Source: Candidatus Thorarchaeota archaeon (GTDB lineage: Archaea > Asgardarchaeota > Thorarchaeia > Thorarchaeales > Thorarchaeaceae). Taken from it: a stretch of 64,000 nucleotides of DNA. The stretch is taken from positions 64,001 through 128,000 of the forward strand of contig JAGSHN010000020.1 in NCBI GenBank assembly GCA_029855935.1, read 5' to 3'. Below the pieces are notes generated by a model that was given only the letters and a program-made list of their open reading frames with translations, had not been told where the DNA came from and did not search any database. The position numbers and the translations under genes are program-made. Below, piece by piece: positions 59,192-64,000 of this stretch (positions are counted from its first letter, which is position 1; each line of letters begins with the position of its first letter).

Positions 59192-60144
59192 AGATAGGAA
59201 CAGTGGCAAGTCATAGTGCGCTCAACATCATCTCAGGAGCGCGTGCAGAGGGATTTGACACCGTGCTGTTCTGCACGCCTGACAGAAGAGCATTCTACGA
59301 GTCCTTCGGCCTCGGAGGTCAGATTGTCGAGGTAGGCTCGTTCGAAGACATCCTTGACACGGACATAGGTGACGACGTAGTGCTCATCCCTCACGGCTCG
59401 TTTGTGGCCTACATCGGCGCACAACGCCTCCTGGACTCAGACCTCCGACTCTTCGGCAACAAGGAGCTGCTCAGATGGGAGGAGGACCGCACGCTGAAAT
59501 CGAGACTTATGAACGAGGCTGGCCTGAGGGTCCCCCGAGAGTACCGGAGCTTCGATGATATCGAGACACCTGTCATCGTGAAGACCGACGGCGCGGCGGG
59601 CGGGGTAGGATACTTTATCGCGCGCGATGCGGAGGAGGCACGACGCAAGAGAGAGGACGGTGTCAGGTACTCAATCCAAGAGTACATAGTCGGAACGAAG
59701 GTCTTCGTCACCTACTTTCGCAGTCTCGCGCACGACAGGACAGAGGTCTTCGGCGCCGACATCAGGTACGAGACCGATGCCGATGCGAATCTGCGTTTTG
59801 TCGACACGCCGTCGTTCGTCGTCATCGGAAACCTCCCGCTCGTGCTCCGAGAGTCCACACTTGCAAAGTACTATCAGATGGGCGTTGACTTTGTGGAGGC
59901 CTTTCGCAGGCTGACGGGACAGGACCTGCCCGGCCCGTTCTGTCTTGAGACCATCATCGATAGAGAGCAGAGAATATACACGTTCGAGTTCAGTGGGCGC
60001 ATCGTCGCCGGCACAAACATCTGGATACCGACGTCGCCTTACAGCTACGTCCAGTTCGGAGAACAGATGTGGATGGGCAGAAGAATCGCCCGAGAGATTC
60101 GCGACCTGATGCAGGCTGGGAGACTTGAGGAGGCATTGTCATAA
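59188..60144 (+). CDS. purP: Formate-phosphoribosylaminoimidazolecarboxamide ligase (PurP family)
   Basis: SHSALNI, IPHGSFVAY, RYET, GNLPLVLRES, GPFCLE, FEFSGRIVAGTN, MGRRIAREI. Start ATG 59188. Confidence 0.92.
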   Translation: MKIGTVASHSALNIISGARAEGFDTVLFCTPDRRAFYESFGLGGQIVEVGSFEDILDTDIGDDVVLIPHGSFVAYIGAQRLLDSDLRLFGNKELLRWEEDRTLKSRLMNEAGLRVPREYRSFDDIETPVIVKTDGAAGGVGYFIARDAEEARRKREDGVRYSIQEYIVGTKVFVTYFRSLAHDRTEVFGADIRYETDADANLRFVDTPSFVVIGNLPLVLRESTLAKYYQMGVDFVEAFRRLTGQDLPGPFCLETIIDREQRIYTFEFSGRIVAGTNIWIPTSPYSYVQFGEQMWMGRRIAREIRDLMQAGRLEEALS

Positions 60145-61217
60145 TGGAGAGACCAACGATTGGAATGATCGGCTCTCACAGCGCAGAAGAGATTGCGGTT
60201 GCTGCCAAGGCCAACGGATTCGAGACAGTGGTCGTCTGTCAGAGGGGACGGGAGAGGCTCTATGCGGTCTACGACCGGCATCTCTTCGACCATATCATAG
60301 TCCTAGACAGGTTTGCCGATATGATCAATGACGACGTCCAGGAGCAGCTTGAAGAGCTGAACACACTATGGATACCGAACCGTTCCTTCTCAGTCTACGT
60401 CGGATACGACAACATAGAGAAGAGATTCCGCATCCCGATGTACGGCAATAGATGGTTGCTGAGGGTCGAGGAGAGAGGCACTCCCCGGGACCAGTACTGG
60501 CTGCTACGAGAGTCTGGCGTACGCATTCCCGAACCTGTGAATCCCGAGAAGATTGATAGGCTGGTCATAGTGAAGGTCCAGCAGAAGGACCGCCCACTGG
60601 AACGAGCCTTCTTCTACGCCGCGTCCACGGACGAGTACCGTGAGAAGAGCGAGCGACTGATTCGTGAGGGAGTGATATCAACAGATGACCTCGCGGCGGC
60701 GACAGTGGAGGAATTCATCCTCGCACCAAGGTTCAACGCAAACTTTCAGGCCTATGGCATGAGCGACTTCTGGGGTAGTCTCGACTTGGTGGGATTCGAC
60801 GACAGGATTCAGACCAATCTCACCGGCCTGCTCAACCTCCCCGCTCGGGACCAACTCGCCATCGATGTGCCCATAGTCAATGAGGAGGTGGGTCACAAGG
60901 GCGTTACAATGAGAGAGAGCAAGAAGCCACTGGTATACGATGCAGCGGAGAGGCTGATAGAGGGTGTGAAAAGACATTTCCCGCCGAAGATGATAGGCCT
61001 CTTCAGCCTGCAGGGCGCTCTGACTGAGGAGTCGGAGTTCGTCGTCTTTGATCTGAGTCCGCGTGTGCCTGGTGCTCCGTGCGTCGGGCCCACCAGCCCC
61101 GAGATGCGGCGGTTGTCCCTGAAGTTCGGTCGTGAGATTATCTCACCGCTCGACCTCTGTATGATAGACATAGAGACCGCTGTGCAGGAGGAGCGCCTCG
61201 ATGACGTATCCACATGA
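60144..61217 (+). CDS. PurP-like ATP-grasp protein (second paralogue)
   Basis: GSHSA, IPNRSFSVYVG, LERAFF, RIQTNL, GH...MRES, IGLFSLQG, FDLSPRVPG. Confidence 0.9.
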   Translation: MERPTIGMIGSHSAEEIAVAAKANGFETVVVCQRGRERLYAVYDRHLFDHIIVLDRFADMINDDVQEQLEELNTLWIPNRSFSVYVGYDNIEKRFRIPMYGNRWLLRVEERGTPRDQYWLLRESGVRIPEPVNPEKIDRLVIVKVQQKDRPLERAFFYAASTDEYREKSERLIREGVISTDDLAAATVEEFILAPRFNANFQAYGMSDFWGSLDLVGFDDRIQTNLTGLLNLPARDQLAIDVPIVNEEVGHKGVTMRESKKPLVYDAAERLIEGVKRHFPPKMIGLFSLQGALTEESEFVVFDLSPRVPGAPCVGPTSPEMRRLSLKFGREIISPLDLCMIDIETAVQEERLDDVST

Positions 61218-61280
61218 TTCAAAACGGGTCTTTGGCGGGTGGCAGCTCGCACAGGTCCAGCGTGATGTGAGGAGATAGAG

Positions 61281-62285
61281 TTGCGACTGATACACGAAGG
61301 CAAGGTCAAGAGGGTCTTCAGTGATCCCGAGTCTGACGACAGACTGATAGTCGAGTTCACCGACGCAATCACCGCGGGCGACGGCGAGAGGCGTGAGATC
61401 ATCGAGGGCAAGGGAGCAGTGGCCTGCGAGACAACGGCGCTGCTGTTCGGTTATCTTGAGGACAAGGGCCTCGCGACTCATTTCATTCGGCAACTCGACG
61501 AGACGAGACTCGTCTGCAGAAAGGTAAGCATATTTCCCATCGAGGCTGTCTGCAGGAACTTGGCCGCTGGCTCTTTTGCGCGGCGTTACGGCCTTGAGGA
61601 CGGACGACCACTCTCGCGTCCGCTGGTCGAGTTCTTTCTCAAGAGCGATGAGCTACACGACCCACTGATCACTGCGGATGCCATCATCCGACTTGGGCTG
61701 GCCACACGCGAGGAACTTGACTTCATCAGGCGAGTCACACTGGCGGTCAACTACTATCTTGGAACTCTCCTCAGTCAGGTGGGGCTCAGGCTAGTCGATT
61801 TCAAGCTCGAGTTCGGCAGGACTGATGATGGTGACATTCTGATAGCGGATGAGATCTCAGGTGACACGATGCGCGTCTGGGACGAGAGCGGTGGGTCGCT
61901 GGACAAGGATGTCTTCAGAAAGGACAAGGGCAATGTGCTTGAGGTGTACAACCTACTGCTGGAGAAGCTAAAGGAGACGAGGCCCAAAGAGGTCCCAGTC
62001 CGGGGCGAAGTTGTGCGGGTCCTTGTTATGCCGAAGGAGGGTATAAAGAACCCGCCGGGAGAGGTCGCAAGAAAGGCACTTCTCAGGCTCGGGTTCGAAG
62101 AGGTTGAAGAAGTAAGGGCGGGTAAGGTGTTCAGGCTGTGTCTGCGGAGAGCGGTGTCTCCGGAGATGCTCGGACGAATCGAGGAGATGAACACGAGGCT
62201 CCTTGCCAACCCGATAGCCGAGGCAACCTATGTGGGGTTTGATGATAATGGCAATTGCGGTGATTCGTTTTCCGGGGACGAATAA
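61281..62285 (+). CDS. purC: SAICAR synthase fused to PurS
   Basis: EGKVK, RNLAAGS, KSDELHDP, VDFKLEFG, ADEISGDTMRVWD; C-terminal PKEGIKNPPGE...VRAGK...LLANPI corresponds to PurS. Confidence 0.92.
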   Translation: MRLIHEGKVKRVFSDPESDDRLIVEFTDAITAGDGERREIIEGKGAVACETTALLFGYLEDKGLATHFIRQLDETRLVCRKVSIFPIEAVCRNLAAGSFARRYGLEDGRPLSRPLVEFFLKSDELHDPLITADAIIRLGLATREELDFIRRVTLAVNYYLGTLLSQVGLRLVDFKLEFGRTDDGDILIADEISGDTMRVWDESGGSLDKDVFRKDKGNVLEVYNLLLEKLKETRPKEVPVRGEVVRVLVMPKEGIKNPPGEVARKALLRLGFEEVEEVRAGKVFRLCLRRAVSPEMLGRIEEMNTRLLANPIAEATYVGFDDNGNCGDSFSGDE

Positions 62286-62943
62286 CGAGAATGACGTGAT
62301 GCGCGCACTCGGCACAATCCCCGGTGCTGAGGCCCAGCTCGTACCGAGCAGATTGGGCTCCGCTGCTCTGAAGGAGGCGGATGGTGTCATCATCCCTGGC
62401 GGCTTCTCCTACGGCGACTACATAAGGGCGGGCGCGGTCGCCGCGGCGGGGGAGATCATGGAGGGGGTGAAGGAGCTTGCAAATGACGGGAGGCCCGTTC
62501 TTGGTATCTGTAATGGTTTTCAGATACTGACCGAGTGCGGGCTGCTCCCGGGCGCACTGTTGCCTAATACGAGTGCTCGGTTCGTATGTAGATGGGTCTA
62601 TCTGAGAGTCAGTGAACAGACCACTGCATTCACAGAGGGATTGGAGGACGCTGTCCTGAAGATGCCCGTCGCACACGCTGATGGGAACTACTACTGCACC
62701 GAGAATGACCTGACGGTGTTGAACCTCCACGGACTCGTCCCGCTCAGATACAGCGATGAGAATGGGGAGACGGTCCCAGCGGTGAACCCGAACGGCTCGA
62801 TCGACAACATCGCAGCAGTCATCAACGAGGCGGGGAACGTGATGGGCATGATGCCGCATCCTGAGAGAGCGTCGCGACCCTCCTTGGGATCCGCCGACGG
62901 CCTTGCCATCCTTGAGAACTTTGTGAGGAGTACCAAATGCTGA
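62248..62943 (+). CDS. purQ: FGAM synthase glutaminase subunit
   Basis: FPGTN, PGGFSYGDYIRAG, GICNGFQIL, NPNGS, MPHPER. Confidence 0.96.
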   Translation: MAIAVIRFPGTNNENDVMRALGTIPGAEAQLVPSRLGSAALKEADGVIIPGGFSYGDYIRAGAVAAAGEIMEGVKELANDGRPVLGICNGFQILTECGLLPGALLPNTSARFVCRWVYLRVSEQTTAFTEGLEDAVLKMPVAHADGNYYCTENDLTVLNLHGLVPLRYSDENGETVPAVNPNGSIDNIAAVINEAGNVMGMMPHPERASRPSLGSADGLAILENFVRSTKC

Positions 62944-64000
62944 CACACGAAGAGATTGAGCATGCAACAAAGGTGCTCGGTCGCAGGCCGAACGACACAG
63001 AGCTGGCTATGCTCGACGTTCTATGGTCCGAGCACTGCAGCTACAAGAGCAGCAAGCGGTGGTTCCACCTGTTCAAGACGGATGGCGAGAACGTCTACCT
63101 GGGTATAGGAGAGGGGGCCGGTCTAGTCGACATTGGCGATGGCATCCTTGTCGGTGTAGCAATGGAGTCCCACAATCACCCAAGCCAGGTGGACCCGTAC
63201 AATGGCGCTGCCACAGGCGTTGGCGGTATCATCCGCGATGTGATCTCACAGGGCTGCCGTGCAGTCGGCCTGATGAACTGTCTCAGATTCGGCCATCCCT
63301 CGAAGCCGAAGAACGCGTACCTCCTTGAGCGGGTCGTGAGGGGCATCTCTGACTACGGGAACAGTGTTGGCATTCCGATGGTGGGAGGTGAGATAGAGTT
63401 TGACGACTCATACGAGGGCAACTGTCTTGTGAACGTCGTATGCATCGGCGTTGTCCGTCCGGACAAGGTCGTCAGGAGTAGTGCCAGAACACCTGGTCAT
63501 CACCTTGTCATCTTTGGCTCCACCACAGGTCGAGATGGCATCGCGGGCGTCAGCTTCGCATCAGAAACATTCTCTGATGACGAGGAGGAAGACCGCAGTG
63601 CGATCCAGATTGGCGACCCTCTTGCGAAGAAGGTGGTTGTCGACACGCTTGCTCAGCTTGTTGAGGAAGACCTGGTTGATGGTCTTCAGGACCTCGGCGG
63701 TGGGGGGCTGACATCCTGCGCAGGCGAGCTTGCCGCCAGCGGTGGCACTGGCGTCGAGATCGATGTGGCAAAGGTGCCTCTGAGAGAGCGTGATATGACA
63801 CCGAGAGAGATCATCGTCTCCGAGTCACAGGAGAGAATGCTGGCCGTCGTCGCACCTGAGAAGCTCGAACGGGTGCTGGAGATACTGATTGAGAACGACA
63901 CTCCTCACGCCGTCATAGGCTCCGTCACGGACGACGGATACTTCACCGTGAAAGAGAATGGAGATATTGAGGCAAGGCTTCCAATCAGCCTGCTCGTCGG
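62937..64000 (+). CDS. purL: FGAM synthase synthetase subunit (partial, runs off the right edge)
   Basis: Not in the ORF track. From ATG 62937: MLTHEEIEHATKVLGRRPNDTELAMLDVLWSEHCSYKSS...ESHNHPS...GAATGVGGIIRD...QDLGGGGL...SESQERM. Confidence 0.95.
   Translation, partial: MLTHEEIEHATKVLGRRPNDTELAMLDVLWSEHCSYKSSKRWFHLFKTDGENVYLGIGEGAGLVDIGDGILVGVAMESHNHPSQVDPYNGAATGVGGIIRDVISQGCRAVGLMNCLRFGHPSKPKNAYLLERVVRGISDYGNSVGIPMVGGEIEFDDSYEGNCLVNVVCIGVVRPDKVVRSSARTPGHHLVIFGSTTGRDGIAGVSFASETFSDDEEEDRSAIQIGDPLAKKVVVDTLAQLVEEDLVDGLQDLGGGGLTSCAGELAASGGTGVEIDVAKVPLRERDMTPREIIVSESQERMLAVVAPEKLERVLEILIENDTPHAVIGSVTDDGYFTVKENGDIEARLPISLLV

Overview
A GC-rich archaeal chromosome segment, most likely from an Asgard archaeon (Thorarchaeia-like). 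This is inferred from TBP, a tungsten AOR, F420-dependent Mtd, type-2 IPP isomerase, archaeal PurP, four longin-type proteins and Ig-repeat surface proteins. Housekeeping content includes AOR, mtd, a MacB/FtsX-type ABC exporter, TBP, a site-2 protease, a FadH-like flavoenzyme, lactate permease, Sir2, RidA, ADP-forming acyl-CoA synthetase, fni and a purN-purF-purP-purP-purC/S-purQ-purL operon. Three accessory loci stand out. (1) At 2.7-9.3 kb, two paralogous longin + winged-helix proteins (NPRL2/NPRL3-like architecture) bracket a PAS histidine kinase, a His-less pseudokinase and a lone receiver, and one paralogue is translationally coupled to a MinD-type ATPase. (2) At 32.9-33.05 kb, a 57-aa ORF is made of four Pro-rich ...PW cassettes; its DNA repeat copies differ by 10 synonymous and 1 non-synonymous change, and it lies upstream of a membrane-tethered HTH regulator and a receptor-like membrane protein. 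(3) At 43-50.4 kb, a divergent tubulin/FtsZ-superfamily GTPase sits in an operon with two novel alpha-helical proteins, head-to-head with a WD40-MIT-like-coiled-coil gene. A decaying patch (HARE-HTH/Mrr, kdgK and eda pseudogenes) lies at 23.4-27.7 kb. I found no tRNA, rRNA, CRISPR array or intact transposase. All family calls come from motif recognition by eye, not database searches.
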